Assembly: GCA_017934955.1 (NCBI GenBank)
Contig: JAGBIO010000011.1
Coordinates: 1-32,000 of the forward strand
DNA: 32,000 bases
Direction of reading: 5' to 3'
From: Clostridia bacterium
GTDB taxonomy: Bacteria > Bacillota > Clostridia > TANB77 > RGIG9151
Both the position numbers and the translations under genes were made by a program. Shown here piece by piece: positions 9,605 through 17,095 of this stretch (within the stretch, counting starts at the first letter, position 1; each line of letters starts with the position of its first letter). Below the pieces are notes generated by a model, which did not search any database, was not told the origin of the DNA, and worked only from the letters and a program-made list of their open reading frames with translations.

Positions 9605-9619
9605 AAGGGAGCGTTTTAT

Positions 9620-10330
9620 ATGAAGATTATTGTAGATACGCATACACATACTTTAGCCAGTAATCATGCGTTTTCGACAATATTGGAAAACGTGGAATAT
9701 GCGAAGAGGAACGGAATGAAGGCGATTGGGTTTACCGATCATACGCATGGCGGAGAAGATGGTGCCCATCGTTGGCATTTTAAAAATTTGAAAGTATTGC
9801 CGTCGGTGATAAATGATATTCGTGTCATAAAAGGGGCAGAGGCGAATATTTTAAATGATAGGGGAGACTTAGATATTGACGGTGTGGAGAGTTATGGGAA
9901 GTTGGAACTCGTGATTGCGAGTATTCATAATGATTATGACTTTCCGCAAAATAAGGAGTATCATACGAACGCGTATCTTGGCGCGATTGCGCATCCGAAT
10001 GTGAAGATTATCGGGCATCCGGATGATAAGCGGTTTGATTTTGACGTGGAAGCGGTTGTAAAGGCTTGTAAAGAGAGTGGTACGGCAATTGAACTAAATA
10101 ATTCTTCTTTGAAAAAGGGACGTGCGGATATTGCGCGCGTGAAGAGAATTTTAAAGGCTTGCCGGGAATTTGGAACGTATGTTTCTTGTGGGACGGACGC
10201 CCATTTTGCAATGGAAGTCGGAAGTTTTGCGGAGTCGATTGCGATGTTGGAGGAATGTCAATTTCCTGAAAAGTTGATTTTAAATACATCTGTGGAGAAG
10301 ATGCTGGACTTTTTAGGATTGGCAGAGTAG
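9620..10330 (+). CDS. PHP-domain phosphatase (YcdX-like)
   Basis: The N-terminal DTHTHT metal-binding motif and further His/Asp motifs (FTDHT, ASIHN, GHPD, GTDAH) are characteristic of the PHP superfamily. A GGGAG RBS lies upstream. Confidence 0.65.
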   Translation: MKIIVDTHTHTLASNHAFSTILENVEYAKRNGMKAIGFTDHTHGGEDGAHRWHFKNLKVLPSVINDIRVIKGAEANILNDRGDLDIDGVESYGKLELVIASIHNDYDFPQNKEYHTNAYLGAIAHPNVKIIGHPDDKRFDFDVEAVVKACKESGTAIELNNSSLKKGRADIARVKRILKACREFGTYVSCGTDAHFAMEVGSFAESIAMLEECQFPEKLILNTSVEKMLDFLGLAE

Positions 10331-10345
10331 GCACAAACGTTGGGA

Positions 10346-10457
10346 GGACAGCATGAATGCTGTCCGTACGGAAAAAATGCACAACCACTGTAGGGACAGC
10401 ATTCATGCTGTCCACAAAATAGGCACAATCATCGTAGGGACACAATTTATTGTGTCC
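10346..10457. repeat. REP-like palindrome cluster (PHP-murB gap)
   Basis: Type A at 10346-10365 (+GTAC). Type A at 10394-10413 (GTAG+...+AC). Type B at 10438-10457 (GTAG+GGACACAATTTATTGTGTCC+AC). Confidence 0.95.
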
Positions 10458-10475
10458 ACCGAAGGAGGAATTTCT

Positions 10476-11378
10476 TTGTATCAGGAATTAATCAATACTT
10501 TATCGAAAACAGAAGTTTTATTAGAGGAACGTATGGCAAATCATACTTCTTTTCGTATTGGCGGACCGGCGGATTTGTTTTGTGCGGTGAATTCGAAGGA
10601 AGATTTGAAGAAGATCCTTGGTTATACAAAAGAGAAACAAATTCCGCTTTTGATAGTAGGAAACGGTAGTAATTTATTGGTTTCGGATAAGGGATTTCGT
10701 GGAATCGTGTTAAAACTCGGTGAGGCGTTTTCTTCTCTTTCGGTAGAAGGAAGTTCGATTATAGCGGGTGCAGCGGTTGATTTACGGAGGCTTTGCAGAT
10801 TTGCTTTAGAAAATTCGCTTACCGGAATGGAGTGGGCGTACGGGATTCCGGGGACGCTTGCCGGTGCGGTTTTTATGAATGCAGGCGCGTATGGAGGAGA
10901 GTTTTCGCAGATTTTGGAATCGACAACTTATTGGGAGGAAGATTTTGCGGAAAAAGAAATCAGTAATCAAGAGCATGATTTTTCCTATCGGACCAGCGTA
11001 TTTCAGAAGGAGAAAAAAAATGCGATTATTTTGTCCGCGAAAGTGAAATTAAGTCAAGGAAATCCGGCAGAAATTGAGGCGAAAATGAAGGATTATATGG
11101 AGCGTCGTATCACGAAGCAGCCGCTAAATTTGCCGAGTGCGGGAAGTGTATTTCGCAGACCGGAGAATGCTTATGTGGGGCAGATGGTGGAGGAGCTTGG
11201 GCTAAAGGGCTTCTCGATTGGTGGTGCGCAGGTGTCGGAAAAACATGCGGGATTTATTGTGAATACCGGCAAGGCATCTTGTGAAGATGTGAAGCATTTA
11301 ATACAATATATACAGAGGAAAGTAGAAGAACAGTATGGGATTAAGTTAAAAACAGAAGTAAGGGAGGTAGGAGAATGA
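10476..11378 (+). CDS. murB: UDP-N-acetylenolpyruvoylglucosamine reductase
   Basis: MANHTSFRIGGPADLF...LLIVGNGSNLL...GIPGTLAGAVFMNAGAYGGE...PSAGSVFRRP are MurB motifs. The proposed start is TTG 10476, 6 nt after GAAGGAGGA (10461-10469). The track's 10353 start runs through three repeat hairpins. ATG at the MANHTS position is an alternative. Confidence 0.85.
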   Translation: MYQELINTLSKTEVLLEERMANHTSFRIGGPADLFCAVNSKEDLKKILGYTKEKQIPLLIVGNGSNLLVSDKGFRGIVLKLGEAFSSLSVEGSSIIAGAAVDLRRLCRFALENSLTGMEWAYGIPGTLAGAVFMNAGAYGGEFSQILESTTYWEEDFAEKEISNQEHDFSYRTSVFQKEKKNAIILSAKVKLSQGNPAEIEAKMKDYMERRITKQPLNLPSAGSVFRRPENAYVGQMVEELGLKGFSIGGAQVSEKHAGFIVNTGKASCEDVKHLIQYIQRKVEEQYGIKLKTEVREVGE

Positions 11379-12232
11379 AATTTGTGATTGTAACAGGTCT
11401 TTCGGGAGCCGGAAAGAGTCAGGCAGTAAAAATTTTAGAAGATATGGATTTTTTCTGTGTGGATAACCTTCCACAGGCTTTGATTCCGAAGTTTTTAGAA
11501 ATGTGTAAGAAGAGTGAGGACAAGTTCGAAAAAGTGGCAATTGTAATGGACATTCGTGCCGGAATGTGGTTTGACAAGTCGTTTCCGGCTTTGGCGATGA
11601 TTGAGGATGCGGGGTATCAGTATGAAATTTTATTTTTGGATGCGTCGGATAACACTTTAATTAAGCGTTTTAAGACGACACGGCGAAGACATCCGTTGGC
11701 ACCGAATGATCGTTTAAATGTGGGAATTCAGAGAGAACGGGAGATGCTTGTAAATTTGAAAAATCGCGCGAAGTATGTGATTGATACTTCGAATATGTCG
11801 GTAAAGCAACTTCGAGAAGAATTATTGAATATTTTTGAATACGGAAAGTCTTTTGAAGAGCTGTTTATCGGGGTCACTTCCTTTGGTTTTAAAAACGGAA
11901 TTCCTACTGACGTGGATTTGGTGTTTGATGCGAGATTTTTGCCGAATCCGTATCATGTGGAATCGTTACGGGAATTTAACGGGAAAGATGAGCGGATTAA
12001 GGATTATGTGATGAGTTTTCCGGAGACGGAAATCTTGATTGGAAAGATTATGGATTATTTAGAATTTGTGATTCCCGGTTATATAAAAGAGGGACGAACC
12101 CAACTTATTATCGGAATCGGCTGTACCGGCGGAAAGCATCGTTCGGTTGTGATTTCCGAGGAAATTACGAAGCGTTTGACGGAGCATGGTCATCGTGTTC
12201 AGATTGCGCATAGAGATATCGGGAAGGAGTAG
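11375..12232 (+). CDS. rapZ: RNase adapter / nucleotide-binding protein RapZ (YvcJ)
   Basis: P-loop GLSGAGKS, then DNLP...RRRHPL...CTGGKHRSV motifs. The ATG overlaps the murB stop (ATGA at 11375-11378). Confidence 0.85.
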   Translation: MKFVIVTGLSGAGKSQAVKILEDMDFFCVDNLPQALIPKFLEMCKKSEDKFEKVAIVMDIRAGMWFDKSFPALAMIEDAGYQYEILFLDASDNTLIKRFKTTRRRHPLAPNDRLNVGIQREREMLVNLKNRAKYVIDTSNMSVKQLREELLNIFEYGKSFEELFIGVTSFGFKNGIPTDVDLVFDARFLPNPYHVESLREFNGKDERIKDYVMSFPETEILIGKIMDYLEFVIPGYIKEGRTQLIIGIGCTGGKHRSVVISEEITKRLTEHGHRVQIAHRDIGKE

Positions 12233-12251
12233 GAATTTTTTCAAAAAAGTG

Positions 12252-12280
12252 TTTACATAACATTGAAAATGTGATATAAT
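12252..12280 (+). promoter_or_regulatory. sigma-A type promoter upstream of the small membrane ORF
   Basis: TTTACA (12252-12257), a 17-nt spacer, then TATAAT (12275-12280), with TG at 12272-12273. Confidence 0.6.
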
Positions 12281-12356
12281 TATTAGTATAAAAGCACAAT
12301 CATTTTGCAAAACTTCTTAGATAAGTCAATCATTTTTGGCTTAAGGGGGCGATTTT

Positions 12357-12587
12357 ATGACACTTACAGTTGTTTCGGGTGTGATTTGTTTAGCTTCAAT
12401 GTTATGGTTGGTATTGCGTCAACCGAAGGAAGGGAAACGTAAAAATGCGTTTGCTGTGATTGTGTTGGTGATTTCTTTTCCGGTGATGGTTGCCGGTGGG
12501 ATTATAAATATGCAAAATCCGGAGGATGAGATAAAGTTGGCTAAGGAAAGTAAATATGAAGTTGTTGGAATGAATTTGGCGGAGTAG
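12357..12587 (+). CDS. hypothetical small membrane protein (two predicted TM helices)
   Basis: A 76-aa ORF with AAGGGGG RBS (12343-12349), a near-consensus promoter upstream (12252-12280) and a terminator downstream (12607-12634). No family recognised. Confidence 0.5.
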   Translation: MTLTVVSGVICLASMLWLVLRQPKEGKRKNAFAVIVLVISFPVMVAGGIINMQNPEDEIKLAKESKYEVVGMNLAE

Positions 12588-12606
12588 AGAAAGTTAAATT
12601 CTTGGG

Positions 12607-12634
12607 AAAGGGCAGAGATTTTCTGCTCTTTTTG
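12607..12634 (+). terminator. intrinsic terminator after the small membrane ORF
   Basis: The stem AAAGGGCAGA / TCTGCTCTTT has one G-U pair and a 5-nt loop, and is followed by a T-rich run. Confidence 0.55.
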
Positions 12635-12653
12635 TATTTTAAAATTTTTTCTG

Positions 12654-12823
12654 AGAATACAGATTAGATTTAATTTTTTTGCAATGATGACACAAACGTT
12701 GTAGGGACAGCATTCATGCTGTCCACAGAAAAAGGCAGAAAAGCAGGACAGCATAAATGCTGTCCCTACAATAGACTGAGAAACATTTAAGGTACATATA
12801 TAAGGTTAAGTCTGACCAGCTAC
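12654..12823. mobile_element. MITE-like composite element, copy A
   Basis: It has a degenerate left end ACAGATTAGATTTAAT (12659-12674), the A-A doublet, and then the conserved right arm CCCTACAATAGACTGAGAAACATTTAAGGTACATATATAAGGTTAAGTCTGACC (to about 12817). Confidence 0.55.
12701..12769. repeat. REPIN-like inverted doublet of type A palindromes
   Basis: The sequence is GTAGGGACAGCATTCATGCTGTCC-ACAGAAAAAGGCAGAAAAGCA-GGACAGCATAAATGCTGTCCCTAC. The two 24-nt arms are reverse complements of each other except for one loop base. Confidence 0.95.
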
Positions 12824-12909
12824 TTTGAATATACCACAATGTTCGAATGGTTTGACAAGGATTCGGATTGGGTATATACTATGGTTACGTATAGAGATAG
12901 GAGGCCTTT

Positions 12910-14925
12910 ATGGAGCAGGAAAACAGAAGAATTTCGAATCGGCTGGTTTCAAAAGATTGGATTTATTTGACGGTTATTTTTATATTAATCGCCATTATTG
13001 GTGTTTTAAATCATAATTTTATTGTGATTGGCGGCTTTTTTTGGTTCTTGATGTTGTTTTATTCGTTATATTCGAACGGAAAGCGAAAAGAGGAAATTGA
13101 GGGTTATATTGAGAATTTGACCTTTAATATGGATTCGGTGACGAAGGATACTTTACTGAATTTTCCGCTTCCGATGCTGACGTTGGAATTAAACGGTATG
13201 ATTATTTGGCACAATTTACTGTTTCAGAAATTGGTGCAGGAAGATTCAATTGTGGAACGATATATTTATGAATTTATGGAAGAATTAAGACCGGAAAATC
13301 TTATTAAGAACAATAAAATTATACCGGTTACGGTAAATTATAAGAATAAAGTTTATAAAGTTTTGGGAAATTTGGTGAGAACGAACCAGAAAAGTGAGAA
13401 GGAACATTATACGCTGTCGTTGTATTTTATTGATATGACAGAGTATAACATGCTTCTGAAAAAGCATTTTGAAGAGGAACCGGATATCGGAGTCGTAATT
13501 ATTGATAATTACGATGAATTGATGCAGGGCGTGGAAGACTCCGATCGTTCGCAGTTACTTGCGGAGATTGATAAGCGTTTGAAGCAGTGGTTTGCGTTTA
13601 CGAACGGGATTGTAAGAAAGTATGAGCGAGACAAGTACATTATGTTATTTGAGTCGAAGTACTTGGCGGAAATGGAAGAGAAGAAGTTTGAAATTTTGGA
13701 TTCTGTGAAGGAAATTGAATTGGAGAATAATTTCCAAGTAACGCTTAGTATCGGTATTGCGTCAGAAATGACGGATTTTGCGGATGGAATGAAGGAAGCT
13801 TTGGATGCAATCGAATTGGCTCTTGGTCGTGGCGGAGATCAAGTTGCGATTAATAAGAATAACGAATATGAGTTCTTTGGCGGTCGCAGTAAAGAAATTG
13901 AGAAGAGAACGCGTGTAAAAGCACGTGTTATGGCGACGGCTTTGGAAAAGTTGATAGAACAGAGTGAAAATGTTGTGATTATGGGGCATGCGAATCCGGA
14001 TGCGGATTCTTTGGGAGCGTCGCTTGGACTGTTTCGGGTGGCGCAATGCTTAAATCGTGAGGCAAAGATTGCGTTAAATGAAGCGGGGACGGCAAATGTA
14101 AAGGATATGTTGGAACGAATTGAAAATTCAGGACAGTACGAGAACGTATTTATTGGGAAAAATGAGGCTTTGGAATATACGAAGCAGGATACGTTGCTGA
14201 TTGTGGTAGATACGCATCGTGCGTCTTTTACCGAAGTGCCGGATTTGTTGGATCGAACGAAGAAAGTGGTTGTAATCGATCATCATAGAAAAGTAACGGA
14301 CTTTATTGGAGACGCGATTTTAACGTATCATGAAATTTATGCTTCTTCTGCGTGCGAGTTAGTGACAGAGTTGTTACAGTATATGGATAAGCGGGTAACC
14401 ATTCGTCAAATAGAAGCAGAGGCACTGTATGCCGGAATTATTATTGATACGAAGAATTTTACCTTAAAAACAGGTATTCGTACCTTCGAAGCAGCTGCAT
14501 TTTTGAAGAAGTACGGTGTGGATACGATTGCTGTAAAACAGTTATTTAAAAATGATATCGGTACGTATGTGCAGAAAGCTGAAATTGTAAAAAATGCGGA
14601 GATTTTTGATGATGAAATTGCAATTTCAAAGTGTGAAACCGAGTTATTAAATACCAGCTTGGTTGTGGCGCAGGCGGCAGATGATTTGTTAAATATCAAA
14701 GGAATCAAGGCTTCTTTTGTCCTTTCCCCGAATGATAGTCGAATTGTGATTAGCGGAAGATCGCTTGGGGATATTAATGTGCAGATGATTTTGGAAAAAT
14801 TGGGCGGTGGCGGAAGTATGACGATTGCCGGCGCACAAGTTCCGAATGTAACGATTGATGAGGCAGTGGAACAATTAAAGGCTGCGATTAAGGAATATAA
14901 AGAGAATTTGACATCTGAAGTGTAG
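12910..14925 (+). CDS. gdpP: c-di-AMP phosphodiesterase GdpP (YybT; TM-PAS-degenerate GGDEF-DHH/DHHA1)
   Basis: Two N-terminal TM helices and a central GGDEF-like region (SIGIA...GRGGDQV). DHH motifs are present (MGHANPDADSLGAS, VVDTHR, DHH at VIDHHRK) with a DHHA1 tail (GGGGSMTIAG). The gdpP-rplI-dnaB order matches B. subtilis yybT-rplI-dnaC. AGGAGG precedes ATG 12910. Confidence 0.8.
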   Translation: MEQENRRISNRLVSKDWIYLTVIFILIAIIGVLNHNFIVIGGFFWFLMLFYSLYSNGKRKEEIEGYIENLTFNMDSVTKDTLLNFPLPMLTLELNGMIIWHNLLFQKLVQEDSIVERYIYEFMEELRPENLIKNNKIIPVTVNYKNKVYKVLGNLVRTNQKSEKEHYTLSLYFIDMTEYNMLLKKHFEEEPDIGVVIIDNYDELMQGVEDSDRSQLLAEIDKRLKQWFAFTNGIVRKYERDKYIMLFESKYLAEMEEKKFEILDSVKEIELENNFQVTLSIGIASEMTDFADGMKEALDAIELALGRGGDQVAINKNNEYEFFGGRSKEIEKRTRVKARVMATALEKLIEQSENVVIMGHANPDADSLGASLGLFRVAQCLNREAKIALNEAGTANVKDMLERIENSGQYENVFIGKNEALEYTKQDTLLIVVDTHRASFTEVPDLLDRTKKVVVIDHHRKVTDFIGDAILTYHEIYASSACELVTELLQYMDKRVTIRQIEAEALYAGIIIDTKNFTLKTGIRTFEAAAFLKKYGVDTIAVKQLFKNDIGTYVQKAEIVKNAEIFDDEIAISKCETELLNTSLVVAQAADDLLNIKGIKASFVLSPNDSRIVISGRSLGDINVQMILEKLGGGGSMTIAGAQVPNVTIDEAVEQLKAAIKEYKENLTSEV

Positions 14926-14977
14926 GACACAATAAATTGTGTCCGTACAGAGAAAGTGGCACAAACGGATTGTGTCC
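14925..14977. repeat. REP-like palindromes (gdpP-rplI gap)
   Basis: Type B at 14925-14944; its first base is the last base of the gdpP TAG stop, and GTAC follows. A degenerate type B, GGCACAAACGGATTGTGTCC, is at 14958-14977. Confidence 0.9.
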
Positions 14978-14996
14978 GCAGAAAAGGGGCGAGAGT

Positions 14997-15443
14997 ATGA
15001 AAGTTATTTTGTTAAAAGATGTGAAGGCGCTTGGAAAAAAGGGACAAGTCGTAGAGGTAAGCGAAGGATATGCGAATAACTTTTTGTTAAAGACGAAGTC
15101 TGCTGTTATAGCGAACGCGCAAAATATGAATGTGTTAAAGACGCAGGAAGGTTCGAAAATGTATAAAAGAGAGCGGGATTTTGAGGAAGCAAAGCATCTT
15201 GCGGAGAAAATGAAGGATATTGTTTTGAAGTTTACCGTGAAGGCGGGAGAGGGCGGAAGACTTTTCGGTTCTGTTACTTCGAAAGATATTGCGGATAAAT
15301 TGTTGAAGGATTATAAGATTGAGACCGACAAGAAGAAAGTTTATTTGGAGGATGCGATTAAGATAGCGGGAATTACCGAAGTGGAGATTAAACTTTTTGA
15401 GGGGGTAATTGCGAAGATAAAGGTACAGGTGTCGGCGGAGTGA
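14997..15443 (+). CDS. rplI: 50S ribosomal protein L9
   Basis: MKVILLKDVKALGKKGQVVEVSEGYANNFL is the canonical L9 N-terminus. The start was moved from the track's 14937, which lies inside the repeat, to ATG 14997. Confidence 0.9.
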   Translation: MKVILLKDVKALGKKGQVVEVSEGYANNFLLKTKSAVIANAQNMNVLKTQEGSKMYKRERDFEEAKHLAEKMKDIVLKFTVKAGEGGRLFGSVTSKDIADKLLKDYKIETDKKKVYLEDAIKIAGITEVEIKLFEGVIAKIKVQVSAE

Positions 15444-15450
15444 GAATTGA

Positions 15451-15559
15451 GGACAGCATGAATGCTGTCCGTACAGAGGAAAGAGGCAGAACGTATGGAC
15501 ACAATAAATTGTGTCCGTACGGAGAGAGGCAGAATGTATGGACACAATAAATTGTGTCC
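15451..15559. repeat. REP-like palindrome cluster (rplI-dnaB gap) with tandem unit
   Basis: Type A at 15451-15470. Type B at 15497-15516 and 15540-15559. The spacer plus type B unit is tandemly repeated (15471-15516, 46 nt; 15517-15559, 43 nt). Confidence 0.95.
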
Positions 15560-15590
15560 ATTGAACAATTGATTAGTTAGGAGAGTATAT

Positions 15591-16931
15591 ATGCCGTCAA
15601 ATGAGTCGATTATGCGTGTTTTGCCGAATGATGTTGAGGCGGAACAGGCTGTGCTTTGCTGTATGTTAATCGATAAAGATGCTGTGACATCCGCTATTGA
15701 AATTTTAAAGGCGGATGATTTTTATCGGGAGGATAATAAGGAAATTTTTTCTGCGATTACGGATTTGTTTGAGCGTTCCGCACCGATTGATTTGGTGAGT
15801 TTGAATGAGCAATTGCGCTTGCGTGGAACGTTAGACGCTGTTGGCGGAATTGAATATATTGCGGATCTTTCTTTGAAAGTGGCAACTTCTGCGAATATTG
15901 AGTACTATGCGAAATTGGTGGAGGAAAAGTCAATTTTGCGAAAATTGATTCGTTCTTCTACCGATATTGTGAATATGGGTTATACCGCGGCGGAAGATGT
16001 GCAGACGATTGTAGATACCGCTGAGAAAAAGATTTTTGATATTGTGCAAAAGCGGAATGTGAAGGGGTTTACGCCGATTAAAAATATTTTAATCAGTAAT
16101 TTTGAGAAATTGGAAGAATTATATAATCAAAAAGGATTTTTAACGGGAATTTCATATGGATTTAAGGATTTGGATATGAAAACGGCAGGACTTCATAATT
16201 CGGATTTGGTACTGATTGCGGCCAGACCGGCGATGGGAAAATCGGCGTTTGGTTTAAATATCGCTCAGCATGCGGCGGTACATAGCAAAATTCCGGTGGC
16301 TATTTTCAGCTTGGAGATGTCGAAGGAACAGATTGTAAACAGAATGCTTTGCTGTGAAGCGATGATTGATGCGAATAAGATGCGTACCGGGAAATTAGAG
16401 GAAGACGATTGGGGGAAAGTGGCGGAGGCGATGAGTACCTTGTCCGATGCACCGATTTATATTGACGATAATCCCGGTCAAACGGTAATGGATATTCGTG
16501 CGAAATGCAGAAGATTAAAGTTAGAAAAGGGTTTAGGCTTGATCGTGATTGACTATTTACAGTTGATGCAGGGACCTTCAAGGCGGAACGGTGAGAATCG
16601 TCAGCAGGAAGTTTCAGATATTAGTAGAGCGTTAAAGATTATGGCAAAAGAGTTAGATGTTCCGGTTATTACTTTGTCTCAGTTGAGCCGTGCTCCGGAT
16701 GCAAGACCGGATCATCGTCCGGTATTAAGTGATTTAAGAGAGTCCGGTGCTATCGAGCAGGACGCGGATATTGTTATGTTTTTGTATCGAGACGATTATT
16801 ATAATCCGGAAACGGAGAAGAAAAACATTTCGGAAGTTATTTTGGCAAAACACAGAGGTGGTTCTACCGGTACGGTTGAACTGGTATGGCTTGGTCAATA
16901 TACAAAGTTCGCCAATAAGTTTAATGGGTAA
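15591..16931 (+). CDS. dnaB: replicative DNA helicase (DnaB family; DnaC in Bacillus nomenclature)
   Basis: PNDVEAEQAVLCCML N-terminus, Walker A ARPAMGKSAF, IVIDYLQLM, SQLSRAPD, and DADIVMFLYRDDYY. Confidence 0.9.
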   Translation: MPSNESIMRVLPNDVEAEQAVLCCMLIDKDAVTSAIEILKADDFYREDNKEIFSAITDLFERSAPIDLVSLNEQLRLRGTLDAVGGIEYIADLSLKVATSANIEYYAKLVEEKSILRKLIRSSTDIVNMGYTAAEDVQTIVDTAEKKIFDIVQKRNVKGFTPIKNILISNFEKLEELYNQKGFLTGISYGFKDLDMKTAGLHNSDLVLIAARPAMGKSAFGLNIAQHAAVHSKIPVAIFSLEMSKEQIVNRMLCCEAMIDANKMRTGKLEEDDWGKVAEAMSTLSDAPIYIDDNPGQTVMDIRAKCRRLKLEKGLGLIVIDYLQLMQGPSRRNGENRQQEVSDISRALKIMAKELDVPVITLSQLSRAPDARPDHRPVLSDLRESGAIEQDADIVMFLYRDDYYNPETEKKNISEVILAKHRGGSTGTVELVWLGQYTKFANKFNG

Positions 16932-16934
16932 AAA

Positions 16935-16960
16935 AAGTGTTTTGCGTAGGCAAAACACTT
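16935..16960 (-). terminator. terminator hairpin at the end of X1 (T-tract on the minus strand only)
   Basis: An 11-bp stem AAGTGTTTTGC / GCAAAACACTT with loop GTAG. The A-run at 16930-16934 gives a U-tract only for minus-strand transcripts. On the + strand it sits 4 nt after the dnaB stop but lacks a U-tract. Confidence 0.55.
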
Positions 16961-17067
16961 GCGCCGAACGCGAGTTGCGCAGCAAAATTCCTTTCGCGTG
17001 AGTGTGCTTCCCCACGGAGCGTTTTTTATTGTATAGGCAAAATCTTTGATTTTTCCTATACAATAAA
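16935..17067 (-). repeat. X-family repeat, copy X1 (about 130 nt, minus-strand sense, ends in terminator hairpin)
   Basis: The reverse complement reads TTTATTGTATAGG-loop-CCTATACAATAAAAAACGCTCCGTGGGGAAGCACACTCACGCGAAAGGAATTTTGCTGCGCAACTCGCGTTCGGCGCAAGTGTTTTGCCTACGCAAAACACTTTTTTT. It aligns by eye along its length with 19621-19731. Confidence 0.7.
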
Positions 17068-17068
17068 G

Positions 17069-17094
17069 AAAAGGCGAGCAGTGCTCGCCTTTTC
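17069..17094 (-). terminator. intrinsic terminator of the 113-aa gene (type C-like hairpin)
   Basis: AAAGGCGAGC-AGTG-CTCGCCTTTT is flanked by A and T runs on both sides. On the minus strand it follows the stop at 17096-17098 and is followed by TTTTCTTT. The stem sequence resembles the hairpin at 23876-23894. Confidence 0.7.
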
Positions 17095-17095
17095 T

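Noticed and set aside
12825-13016. ORF 12825-13016(+) upstream of and overlapping gdpP.
   Set aside because: It starts inside or next to the right end of composite element A, has no RBS, and overlaps the well-supported gdpP start (AGGAGG then ATG 12910) in another frame.
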